64,000 nucleotides of DNA from a virus (lineage: Duplodnaviria; Heunggongvirae; Uroviricota; Caudoviricetes). The stretch lies in the IMG/VR virus record IMGVR_UViG_3300037279_000046; one strand, written 5' to 3'. The position numbers and the translations under genes are program-made. Of this stretch, positions 17,511 to 24,925 are shown in pieces. Each line of letters begins with the position of its first letter. The stretch's first letter is position 1. The notes under the pieces were generated by a model. It made no database searches, was not told the DNA's origin, and was given only the letters and a program-made list of their open reading frames with translations.

Positions 17511-17541
17511 CAGTGAGAAAGGCCCCGGCTTGGAACCGGGG
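17511..17541 (-). terminator. putative Rho-independent terminator (weak U tract)
   Basis: Minus-strand hairpin CCCCGG-TTCCAAG-CCGGGG followed by CCTTTCTC, immediately 3' of the 17550..17783 gene. Confidence 0.35.
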
Positions 17542-17549
17542 TCGGGAAC

Positions 17550-17783
17550 TTAGTACTTGAATACGTAGAACTCGTTATCGCTTGCTGCTGTCTTTTTAAC
17601 GGCATACTGTGTGATCATGGGGGCTTCAGCTGTAATGTGAATGCTGTACCCTTCCTTTGCAACGATCTCAATATCAACAAGATCTGCTTTAGCTAGGTTC
17701 TCAACCAAGGGCACCGGCAAACAGACAGTGCGGGTTGCCAGATAACGAGAGCTTGAACGGGTCTTATATACGATGGTCGCCAT
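17550..17783 (-). CDS. hypothetical protein
   Basis: 77-aa ORF. Confidence 0.45.
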   Translation of the reverse strand: MATIVYKTRSSSRYLATRTVCLPVPLVENLAKADLVDIEIVAKEGYSIHITAEAPMITQYAVKKTAASDNEFYVFKY

Positions 17784-17784
17784 A

Positions 17785-19212
17785 TTACACCTTTACAGGA
17801 TAAGCACGAGCACGCACTTGATCCAGAGTTGATTGGTTAGTCAACACACCGTTCAAGAAGACCTGCTCAAGCAGTCCACCTTTTTCGTCAGCAGCAGATA
17901 CTTGATCTGTTGTGACGTAACGACCGTTGATGAAATCAAGACGCATTCTACCCTTGTGCGATTTCTTGCCCGAGTCAGTAATAGGGTCCTTAACGATGTC
18001 GCGCTCTTCTCCATTAACTTCTACGTAAGTGGTCTTAACAGCGAAGCCTTGGTCGTCACGGCTGTGCGATTGCAACAGCAATCCACCAACACCGATAACG
18101 AGATTAGAAGACGCAAATCCCATGCCCTTTAGACGCGCGAGGATGCACTCGTAACGGTCAAAATACATTCCGTCGCCGTAGATCAGGCCTACTTTAGGAT
18201 TCAATTCTTGGAAGCCTAATGCGTTCGTTGTCGTACCGAACTGGCGAGCCAACAGACGCATAGCACCGAGGTTCTCAGCAGAACCAGCAGGAGCAGACGG
18301 GTTTCCACAGATGATGAGCTCTGGGTCACCAGAGTCCGGGCGGAATACCACTTTGCCGTCACGAGCCATGATGCGCTTGTAAAGTACCTGAGTGAAGTTC
18401 TCAAGAACATTCCACAGGTTATAGGTATCAGACACGATAGAGACGATGCCGGTAGGGTAAGTGTTGAGCATGTGCTCAAACGCCTTCAACTCATGTTCCT
18501 GACCGTACGAACACATAACTGAGTGCTCAGATGCAGGGACAGAAGCACCGATAAGGCCAGTCGCAGCGTAGTTCTCCATCAAGAACTTAACAGCCGGAAC
18601 GGTATCTGTTCCACGGAAGTTGATCAAGTGAGCAGCACCAGAGATAGCCGCAGTCTCCTCAGACGAGCAACCACGGTATCCGAAGTCATGGACAGCCCAA
18701 TCGCAGTGGAGACGGTTGCCTACAGTTTCATCCGCGTATGTGTCTACAAGGTTACGCAACTTCATAGAGTACGAACCAACAGTTGTCGGGTTCCATACTT
18801 TAAGAACGAGCGACTCAAAGAAGCCAACTGTCCAAGCGAAGTCAGGATGAGTATTGGTCATCGTGAGAAGAACGTTCTTAACGGGCAGAACAGTTCCTTC
18901 TGGAACAGCTTTGATCTCCAAGGGGATATAACCAAGGTCTGCCAATGCGTGCATCTTTTCAAAGATGTGGCGCGGGGTAGGTCCGAGAATCGATTCACGT
19001 ACCTGCAAGAACTCGTTCACCATTGGGTGAGTGATCTTCTGTGCCAAGTAGTTCTTCAAGATAGGCTGAAGCCCATTGAAGAGCGTGAACGGAATCTTCT
19101 TGTCGGAGCGAGCAACGAGATAGGCGTAGGCCTTAGTGATCCCCTCTGGGAACTGCTCCATGTGCCCCATCTTATATACGTCAGTGCAAAGTAATACGTT
19201 ATCGTTAATCAT
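17785..19212 (-). CDS. nadV: nicotinamide phosphoribosyltransferase (NAMPT/NadV family)
   Basis: 475 aa with DFGYRG, GTDTV and FRPDSGDP, the hallmark NAMPT/NAPRT type II PRT motifs. Confidence 0.85.
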   Translation of the reverse strand: MINDNVLLCTDVYKMGHMEQFPEGITKAYAYLVARSDKKIPFTLFNGLQPILKNYLAQKITHPMVNEFLQVRESILGPTPRHIFEKMHALADLGYIPLEIKAVPEGTVLPVKNVLLTMTNTHPDFAWTVGFFESLVLKVWNPTTVGSYSMKLRNLVDTYADETVGNRLHCDWAVHDFGYRGCSSEETAAISGAAHLINFRGTDTVPAVKFLMENYAATGLIGASVPASEHSVMCSYGQEHELKAFEHMLNTYPTGIVSIVSDTYNLWNVLENFTQVLYKRIMARDGKVVFRPDSGDPELIICGNPSAPAGSAENLGAMRLLARQFGTTTNALGFQELNPKVGLIYGDGMYFDRYECILARLKGMGFASSNLVIGVGGLLLQSHSRDDQGFAVKTTYVEVNGEERDIVKDPITDSGKKSHKGRMRLDFINGRYVTTDQVSAADEKGGLLEQVFLNGVLTNQSTLDQVRARAYPVKV

Positions 19213-19220
19213 GTTTCTCC

Positions 19221-19463
19221 TTAAAAGTTAAATGTAGCTGTTACGTAGAAGCGGACTTCGCCCTCGTCTTCTTCTACTGAGTAGTCGAACGTTGTACCAT
19301 CATCAAAATGTTCTGCGAGAGCATCAACCTTAGCCTGCGCAAGAGTGTGCTCCACAGACATATCAACCCCTGGGATCTTCTTCACAACGTGAATTGGTTT
19401 CTTCTTCTTAGGGTCGATGGTATCGCTCACGCTTCCACCATATCTGGATCGCAGACGATCCAA
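19221..19463 (-). CDS. hypothetical protein
   Basis: 80-aa ORF between nadV and the macro gene; overlaps the macro gene 3' end. Confidence 0.4.
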   Translation of the reverse strand: MDRLRSRYGGSVSDTIDPKKKKPIHVVKKIPGVDMSVEHTLAQAKVDALAEHFDDGTTFDYSVEEDEGEVRFYVTATFNF

Positions 19464-19936
19464 TTGATTCTTGGATAATCTTTTAAGAGGATTTCAAGGA
19501 TAAGTTCTGAGTCTTTCCAAGGTACAGCGAACAGACCAGAGTTAAACTTATTAGAGTAGACGTCGATCTGTGGGTACGTGTCGCTTGGGTGGGCGAGATA
19601 GATCTTACGTAAGAGATCACGGAGAGCTAGAGTTGTATTGATCTTGATCTCTTCTACGCCGTCTTTCTTAGGTCCGTAGTCATGAGATGTAACGATCCAG
19701 CCGACCCAGTGAGCTTCGGATTCAGGGAACGATGATAGACCAGCAAGACCTACAGCCGTTCCACGCTGCATGTTAGCAGACTCGCAGAACATCTTGTAGT
19801 CGAGAAAGCTCTGAAGATACTTCTCTTTGAAAGGCTTGGCAATGCCAGAACCCCAGACACCCTGCGAGTTGCAGGCATGAATGATTACACTCTCACGAGG
19901 AGCGTCAAAGAGACTCATCTTCTTGTGGGTTACCAT
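19427..19936 (-). CDS. macro domain protein (ADP-ribose-binding or -processing)
   Basis: VIIHACNSQGVWGSGIAKPF matches the macro-domain N-x6-GGGVxxAI-type motif. Confidence 0.7.
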   Translation of the reverse strand: MVTHKKMSLFDAPRESVIIHACNSQGVWGSGIAKPFKEKYLQSFLDYKMFCESANMQRGTAVGLAGLSSFPESEAHWVGWIVTSHDYGPKKDGVEEIKINTTLALRDLLRKIYLAHPSDTYPQIDVYSNKFNSGLFAVPWKDSELILEILLKDYPRINWIVCDPDMVEA

Positions 19937-20754
19937 ACTTTATATCCTTCCGGGTTCCTGAGCAGAGAGTTCGTGGTGTGAATATCACGGATCCCTGCAT
20001 CAAATAATACCTGCTTCCCTTTTGAGAATAGTCCGTGTGAGACTGCTAGGTCGATTGGTCCTGTCTTATATTCTTTAAGTGCTTCAGCTACTTTGATGAA
20101 GGTCATCCCGCCGTCGCAGATGTCGTCGATGATTAGGACACTCTTGCCGTAGAGATCCTGGTGAGATGTATTAACTTTAAGTCCAGTGATCTCGCCCGTC
20201 TGCTGGTTGCGAACCTTCTCGCACCAGATGAACTGCTTACCAGTGGTCTTAGCGTAGCGCTCAGCTGCGCCTTTGTCTGGGTAACATACAAAGTCATAAC
20301 CGATGGTGTTAAACAGAGTCTGATGAAACTCTTTGGGAGTTGTAGACTCCATTGGAAAGACGAGATCAGACTTGGAGTGTGGGTCAAAAGCCTCGATGCG
20401 CGTGATACCTGCGTTATATAGGATCTCTGTGAATGTCTTGAGCGCGAAGCTCAACTTATTGTTTACTTCCTTATCTTGACGAGCGTAAGGAAGATAAGGA
20501 CATACAAGATCAACACTGGTATCGAAAACGTCATAGCATAACTGCGCCACTTGGCATACTTGGATTAACTCAGCTTCATTCTCAAACAGCCATAGTATAT
20601 ATGTGACGCTGTTCGGATCCATCTTTGACTCATCAATCTTCCAGACCTGGGAAGTTCCATCTGGAAAGATGGTTATCGTAAAACTTACTTCTTCGCCGTC
20701 GCTGATGAGCTTAATCATGTGTTCTCTCCCAGTAAGAAATCTAAGTGGCGCCAC
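19930..20754 (-). CDS. prs: ribose-phosphate pyrophosphokinase family (PRPP synthetase or ADPR-pyrophosphokinase-like)
   Basis: PRPP-binding loop VLIIDDICDGGMTF plus LPYARQDK. Confidence 0.85.
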   Translation of the reverse strand: MAPLRFLTGREHMIKLISDGEEVSFTITIFPDGTSQVWKIDESKMDPNSVTYILWLFENEAELIQVCQVAQLCYDVFDTSVDLVCPYLPYARQDKEVNNKLSFALKTFTEILYNAGITRIEAFDPHSKSDLVFPMESTTPKEFHQTLFNTIGYDFVCYPDKGAAERYAKTTGKQFIWCEKVRNQQTGEITGLKVNTSHQDLYGKSVLIIDDICDGGMTFIKVAEALKEYKTGPIDLAVSHGLFSKGKQVLFDAGIRDIHTTNSLLRNPEGYKVW

Positions 20755-21215
20755 ATAGCATCGTGCTCGCCGTCTTTCTTGAGCATCAGCTTGAAGTGCG
20801 GATACTCTTTCTTGTACATGTCAAGCTGTTTCGCTTGATCTAGTACAGACCGTTCTACGTTTGCTATACGGTCAGCCAGCTTCAGGGTCGTAGCCTCTCT
20901 AGAGGCTTGAATCTTAGGGTAGGTCTTTTCGTGACGCTCTTTGCGGTTCTTACCAGGCTCGTTTGTTACTCGGTGAACTAGATCTGCTACATGCCTACCG
21001 AATGTAATCTCGATCTGGAACACTGTTGCATCTGTGTCTTCGACTACATCATGCAACCAGGCTGCGACCTGAAGGTCCTCGCTATCAAACTTGAAGCGGC
21101 GCAAGACTTCAGCTACGGCAGCGAGATGCTCTGTGTAGGGAGAATTCTCCCCGTATTTCTGGTCTTTGTGCTTTGCTGCTGCAAATGCCGCTGCTGCTTG
21201 AATAGCGAGGCTCAT
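20715..21215 (-). CDS. HD-domain phosphohydrolase, SpoT/Mesh1-like (p)ppGpp-hydrolase-type
   Basis: KDQKYGENSPYTEHLAAVA...AAWLHDVVEDT matches the RelA/SpoT HD hydrolase pattern. Confidence 0.6.
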   Translation of the reverse strand: MSLAIQAAAAFAAAKHKDQKYGENSPYTEHLAAVAEVLRRFKFDSEDLQVAAWLHDVVEDTDATVFQIEITFGRHVADLVHRVTNEPGKNRKERHEKTYPKIQASREATTLKLADRIANVERSVLDQAKQLDMYKKEYPHFKLMLKKDGEHDAMWRHLDFLLGENT

Positions 21216-21339
21216 ATTAGTCTTTCTTCTGTGTTGCCGCTTCTTTAATCAACTTGATACCAACGTATAGTACGAGAGAAGCTACGCCAAGGATCAATAC
21301 TCCGATACCGATATCAACTAATGCGATCATATTTTCTCC

Positions 21340-21386
21340 TTAAATAAGTCTATCTAGAAAAGGCACCACCCGGAGGTGATGCCTTC
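21340..21386 (-). terminator. Rho-independent terminator
   Basis: Minus-strand hairpin AAGGCATCACCTCC/GGGTGGTGCCTT followed by TTTTCTAGA, just 3' of the SPFH gene. Confidence 0.5.
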
Positions 21387-21396
21387 AAAGATATAC

Positions 21397-22650
21397 TTAG
21401 TTGTCTTCAGACTTGTTTGCTGCAGCAGGCACTTTAGTGCGTGGAGCTTTAGCAGGTTGATCTTTGTTCATGCGATCGTTCAAATCCATGAAGGACTTAA
21501 GACCGATTGCGTCGAAGGGGTTCATTGCCGATTGACCGTTAGATCCACCGCCGATTACCATCATGCCTGGGAACTGAACACCAGCAAGCTCATGTGCTAC
21601 ACCGATGCGAGTCTCTTTGTCGATCGTCGCACGCTCAAGGGGAGTAAGACCTGCTTGAACTTTGAGGCGGTTAACTTCAGCAAGAGCTTTACCGTTCGTT
21701 ACTTCAGCCGCAGCATCTTGTTCAGCTTGTTTGCGTTTCAGCTGAGATACTTCGAACTCTTTCTGAGCGATAGTGACTTCTTTGATCTTCTCAACTTCTT
21801 GCTTAGCTTTCTCAATCGCGATCTGAGCATTACCTTGTTCGCGTGCAGTGATCGCATCTTGCTTAGCTTTTTCAGCGTTAGCTTTAGCGACAACTTTCAT
21901 CTGCTCAGCTTCTTTTTTCTTCTGGATCAGAGCATCGATAGTCTGGTCGAAGTCGATGTCTTTGATAACGAACTGGATGATGGTTACGTTATAAGCTTTG
22001 AGCGGAGAGATCTTGCGAACAACTGGCTGTCCAGCTTTGTCAAGCTTGATGTTGACTTCACGAGTCACGAACTCATTGCCGTCTGCATCTTTCTCTTTGA
22101 ATTCCTTAGCTTCAGTCTCGTAGATCCCGTTCTTTACTTGATCTTCCACAAGTGAAGTGAACTCAGAGCGACGAGTAGAGTACGACTCTTCAGCGCGCAT
22201 CAGAGTAGCCGTCTGCATCAAGGCTTCAGCAACAGTCTGACGAATCAGATCGTGCTTGACGCGCTCGTAAGACTTGAAGTCTTTATGCAGGAGCTTCTGA
22301 GTCTCAGGGTCAGAAGGTAGACGGAATTTGATGCCGCCAGACACCTTCGCAGTACCGCCGTCGTTGAAGCGAATGTCGATCGTGTCTGACTCAGCACCTT
22401 TGCCGCCGTCAAGATCTGACTTCGAGAAGTAGTACATGTCCGACACGTGGTAAGTTGTTACGTTACCGAAGAGCTTCAGATACGTACCTGACTCATTGTG
22501 AACAGTTACATCACCAGTAACAGCTGCCTGTTTAATCTGATAATAGCCTTGGTCATTCGTCGTGAACACTTCACGTCCGACCGTTGCCAGGATAAGAACT
22601 GCGACCAATCCGCCTACGGCGAGACCAATCAATTTAACTCGTGCGTCCAT
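21397..22650 (-). CDS. SPFH/band-7 (prohibitin/HflK-like) membrane protein
   Basis: N-terminal TM helix, SPFH core, and a long EAEQ..AKA..AKQ coiled coil typical of HflK/stomatin/prohibitin. Confidence 0.8.
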   Translation of the reverse strand: MDARVKLIGLAVGGLVAVLILATVGREVFTTNDQGYYQIKQAAVTGDVTVHNESGTYLKLFGNVTTYHVSDMYYFSKSDLDGGKGAESDTIDIRFNDGGTAKVSGGIKFRLPSDPETQKLLHKDFKSYERVKHDLIRQTVAEALMQTATLMRAEESYSTRRSEFTSLVEDQVKNGIYETEAKEFKEKDADGNEFVTREVNIKLDKAGQPVVRKISPLKAYNVTIIQFVIKDIDFDQTIDALIQKKKEAEQMKVVAKANAEKAKQDAITAREQGNAQIAIEKAKQEVEKIKEVTIAQKEFEVSQLKRKQAEQDAAAEVTNGKALAEVNRLKVQAGLTPLERATIDKETRIGVAHELAGVQFPGMMVIGGGSNGQSAMNPFDAIGLKSFMDLNDRMNKDQPAKAPRTKVPAAANKSEDN

Positions 22651-22716
22651 CTATAAAACTCCTTTGTATGAAAAGGCGTTAGCGTTCAAATTTAATTACA
22701 ATCAGGACAGGTTCTA

Positions 22717-22974
22717 CTATCTCCAAACAGTCCATGTCACTCGCTTCTGTTCAGCAGGTGGAAGATGTTCAGTATAGAAGGCGACCATAGATTCGTATGT
22801 TCTAGATAATAGACCTTGAGCGGCAATATAGTCACAGCAATCAGACGCCTCTTGAATAGTCATGTTGCAAGAAGATGCAATCTTGTTCATTCCTGGTTTA
22901 GCTTTCCCGTGCTTACTAATGATGCCTTTAAGGTAGGCCTGAACGATATTAACTTTTACTTGACAGATAGCCAT
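22717..22974 (-). CDS. hypothetical protein
   Basis: 85-aa ORF. Confidence 0.4.
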   Translation of the reverse strand: MAICQVKVNIVQAYLKGIISKHGKAKPGMNKIASSCNMTIQEASDCCDYIAAQGLLSRTYESMVAFYTEHLPPAEQKRVTWTVWR

Positions 22975-23104
22975 ATAAAATCCTTTGTGATGAGTTGTGT
23001 GATTGGATTTTACAGATTAAAAGAATGGAGTCCCACCGCGGTAATTCTCCGCGTTATCTGGGTTTGCAAGCCAGAACATTAATTTTATGTTAGAGGGACA
23101 AGAG

Positions 23105-23192
23105 TGGAGGAGAGCAACGGACTTGCACCGTAAACCTCGAAAGGTCCGTGTTGCTTAGCAGGCAAACCCAGCGCTTCGCCGGTTTACTCTCC
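23105..23192 (-). tRNA. type II (long variable arm) tRNA candidate, anticodon GCU (Ser)
   Basis: Acceptor GGAGAGT/GCTCTCC, anticodon arm TTTGC-CTGCTAA-GCAAC, long variable region, T-arm ACGG-TGCAAGT-CCGT and encoded CCA. Its 5' end abuts the next tRNA. Confidence 0.45.
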
Positions 23193-23193
23193 A

Positions 23194-23263
23194 TGGTAGA
23201 CCTATGAGGAGTCGAACCTCGTTAGCTAGATTAGAAGTCCAGCGACCTTCCTTTGGTAGGTCC
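23194..23263 (-). tRNA. compact tRNA-like gene, anticodon UCU (Arg) candidate, reduced D-arm
   Basis: Acceptor GGACCTA/TAGGTCT (7 bp), anticodon arm CTGGA-CTTCTAA-TCTAG, T-arm GAGG-TTCGACT-CCTC, encoded CCA. Only 14 nt lie between the acceptor and anticodon stems. Confidence 0.4.
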
Positions 23264-23270
23264 ATAAAAC

Positions 23271-23347
23271 TGGTACTCGAGGTGAGACTTGAACTCACAC
23301 TGTGCAGGGTTTAAGTCTGCTGCCTCTGCCAGTTGGGGTAGTCAAGC
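23271..23347 (-). tRNA. tRNA-like gene, anticodon loop CUUAAAC (anticodon UAA if canonical)
   Basis: Acceptor GCTTGAC/CTCGAGT (6 of 7 bp), perfect T-arm GTGAG-TTCAAGT-CTCAC, A73 and encoded CCA. The D-arm is poorly paired and the variable loop is 5 nt. Confidence 0.4.
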
Positions 23348-23348
23348 A

Positions 23349-23437
23349 TGGTGAGTGATGAAGGAATCGCACCATTCGTCGCCTTCCCACATGTTTTATG
23401 ACAACTGTTTTACAGACAGCTTGCGGGGACATCACTC
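23349..23437 (-). tRNA. tRNA-like element with unresolved fold (89 nt)
   Basis: Perfect 7-bp acceptor GAGTGAT/ATCACTC plus A-CCA; packed exactly between flanking tRNAs. A GCTGT-CTGTAAA-ACAGT hairpin is present, but no canonical D/T arms. Confidence 0.3.
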
Positions 23438-23438
23438 T

Positions 23439-23534
23439 TGGAGGAAGGTATCCGATTCGCACGGATGAAACCCAGTGTTAGTGGGTTTACCAGGGTTCAA
23501 GCCTGGCGCAATAATCTATCTCTGCCAACCTTCC
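23439..23534 (-). tRNA. tRNA-Ser (anticodon UGA), type II
   Basis: Acceptor GGAAGGT/ACCTTCC, 3-bp D-stem, anticodon arm CCAGG-CTTGAAC-CCTGG, variable arm AAACCCA-loop-TGGGTTT, T-arm ATCCG-TGCGAAT-CGGAT and encoded CCA. Confidence 0.6.
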
Positions 23535-23535
23535 G

Positions 23536-24063
23536 TTAAAATTTATTCGACTTCTTTAAGTTCTCTTCCCTAGGTAAATGTTGTAAATTCCAGGGCACAT
23601 GTAGTCCACTTACGTTATCACCCTGTAATGGGACTATATGGTCCACATGGTGCCCTTCAGGACGATCTTTATAAATCTGCTTAATGTCGTCCATATTGAC
23701 CCATTTTGGAGTTTGCAACTTAATCAACTTTCTTCTCTGTGTAGCATCGATGGACTCTTTCTGTCTAAATTCTTCGTTGGTTCTGTATTTCTCTCTTCTG
23801 AAGAGTTTAGTTCTTTCTTGCTCTGCTGCTCTATATTCTTCGTTATTGTTATAACGCTTTTTCATGTTTTTTAGATTTTGAGCATTATGTCTAGCTTTAA
23901 CATTCGGATCTTTTAAAGATTCAGTTTTGCGTTTGGCTGAACTCAAAATTCTCTTTTGTCTATAAACAGGATCTGAGTCATACTTCCACTTAATATAATG
24001 GTTTTGACAAAACCCTTTACCCTTATGTTTTCTCTCACAGCCTTCAATACTACACTTCTTCAT
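23536..24063 (-). CDS. HNH homing-endonuclease-like protein embedded in the tRNA array
   Basis: N-terminal Cys/His zinc-finger ([19 protein letters not shown]). C-terminal [31 protein letters not shown] is an HNH core. Confidence 0.75.
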   Translation of the reverse strand: MKKCSIEGCERKHKGKGFCQNHYIKWKYDSDPVYRQKRILSSAKRKTESLKDPNVKARHNAQNLKNMKKRYNNNEEYRAAEQERTKLFRREKYRTNEEFRQKESIDATQRRKLIKLQTPKWVNMDDIKQIYKDRPEGHHVDHIVPLQGDNVSGLHVPWNLQHLPREENLKKSNKF

Positions 24064-24202
24064 AAATTCCCATAAAGCGATCTAAAGAGGAGCGACTATA
24101 CGCGGAGTTCTATCTTTGTGTTATCATCTGTCTTGATGTTATGTTGCCATAACATTCTTTGCCCATAACCCGACTGCTAAGCGAGTAGCCTCATCGCAGT
24201 CC

Positions 24203-24210
24203 TATTTATA
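24203..24210 (-). promoter_or_regulatory. T4-type late promoter-like TATAAATA on the minus strand
   Basis: Plus strand TATTTATA, about 140 nt upstream of the HNH start. Confidence 0.3.
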
Positions 24211-24427
24211 GTTGCTACACATACCCTGTCGCCCGTTTCACCCGTTAGATTTACCCAACGACTCGTCTCTGATGCCGTGACTTACCTTACGGTAGGTGGC
24301 CGTTAACCACTATGTTACTCTATGTAGCTCCGACGTTCTTCTCTCCAACATTGCATTGGTCGAGCGATAACCTGTCGCTCCTCTTTAGATCATAAAATTT
24401 TAGTTTCAGAATCCCCTAAGTAAAGTT

Positions 24428-24503
24428 TGGTCCCACCTGTCCGTTCCGCCCGGACCTCTTCGCTTCTTCAGAGCGACACTTTCACTAGATTGGCTTAAAT
24501 GGG
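24428..24503 (-). tRNA. tRNA-like gene, anticodon GAA (Phe) candidate with non-canonical T-loop
   Basis: Acceptor CCCATTT/AGGTGGG (7 bp, 2 GU), perfect anticodon arm TCGCT-CTGAAGA-AGCGA, T-stem GTCCG/CGGAC with loop GGCGGAA, A73 and encoded CCA. Abuts tRNA-Asn. Confidence 0.4.
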
Positions 24504-24504
24504 A

Positions 24505-24580
24505 TGGCTGACGAGACAGGGTTCGAACCTGTGACCTAACCGTTAACAGCGGTTTGCTCTACCAACTGAGCTACACGTCA
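24505..24580 (-). tRNA. tRNA-Asn (anticodon GUU)
   Basis: Canonical cloverleaf: TA-GCTC-AGTTGGTA-GAGC, anticodon arm AACCG-CTGTTAA-CGGTT, T-arm ACAGG-TTCGAAC-CCTGT, encoded CCA. Confidence 0.8.
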
Positions 24581-24925
24581 ATGAATTATAATGAATGTTT
24601 GGATTTAACGTCTCGCGGACTTACGTATTAGTTTAGCTATTAAAGCAACTAAAATACGAAAAATCATTAATCGCAGAACGCGATAAATTTGATCTCAAAT
24701 ATGATGTATGAGCGAATGCTTTCATAAGGTCTAGCATACCACAAGATTTAGATTAAGAAGTGAATTTATCAACAAATAATTTGTTTGCGCTTATTAGTGG
24801 ATTTATATGGACGGTAATGTCGCAATAGGTCACAAAGTCATCCCAGGATATAACCTTGAGTTTGAACAGTGTGTACATGAGGGCTTTATAGGCAATAATT
24901 TTTTGAGAGTTAACTATTCCACCCC

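Noticed and set aside
22975-23104. Hairpins CGCGG-TAATTCT-CCGCG and CTGG-GTTTGCAAG-CCAG as terminators
   Set aside because: Neither is followed by a convincing U-tract on the strand where a transcript would end. They may be processing or structural elements of the tRNA precursor leader.
23491-23507. Apparent plus-strand tRNA T-arm CCAGG-GTTCAAG-CCTGG
   Set aside because: No matching acceptor stem on the plus strand. The hairpin resolves cleanly as the anticodon arm (CTTGAAC, UGA) of the minus-strand tRNA-Ser.
23536-24504. Group I intron carrying the HNH ORF
   Set aside because: The flanking tRNA-Ser appears intact (no split exon). I could not recognise P3/P7 cores by eye. Left as a structured non-coding finding instead.
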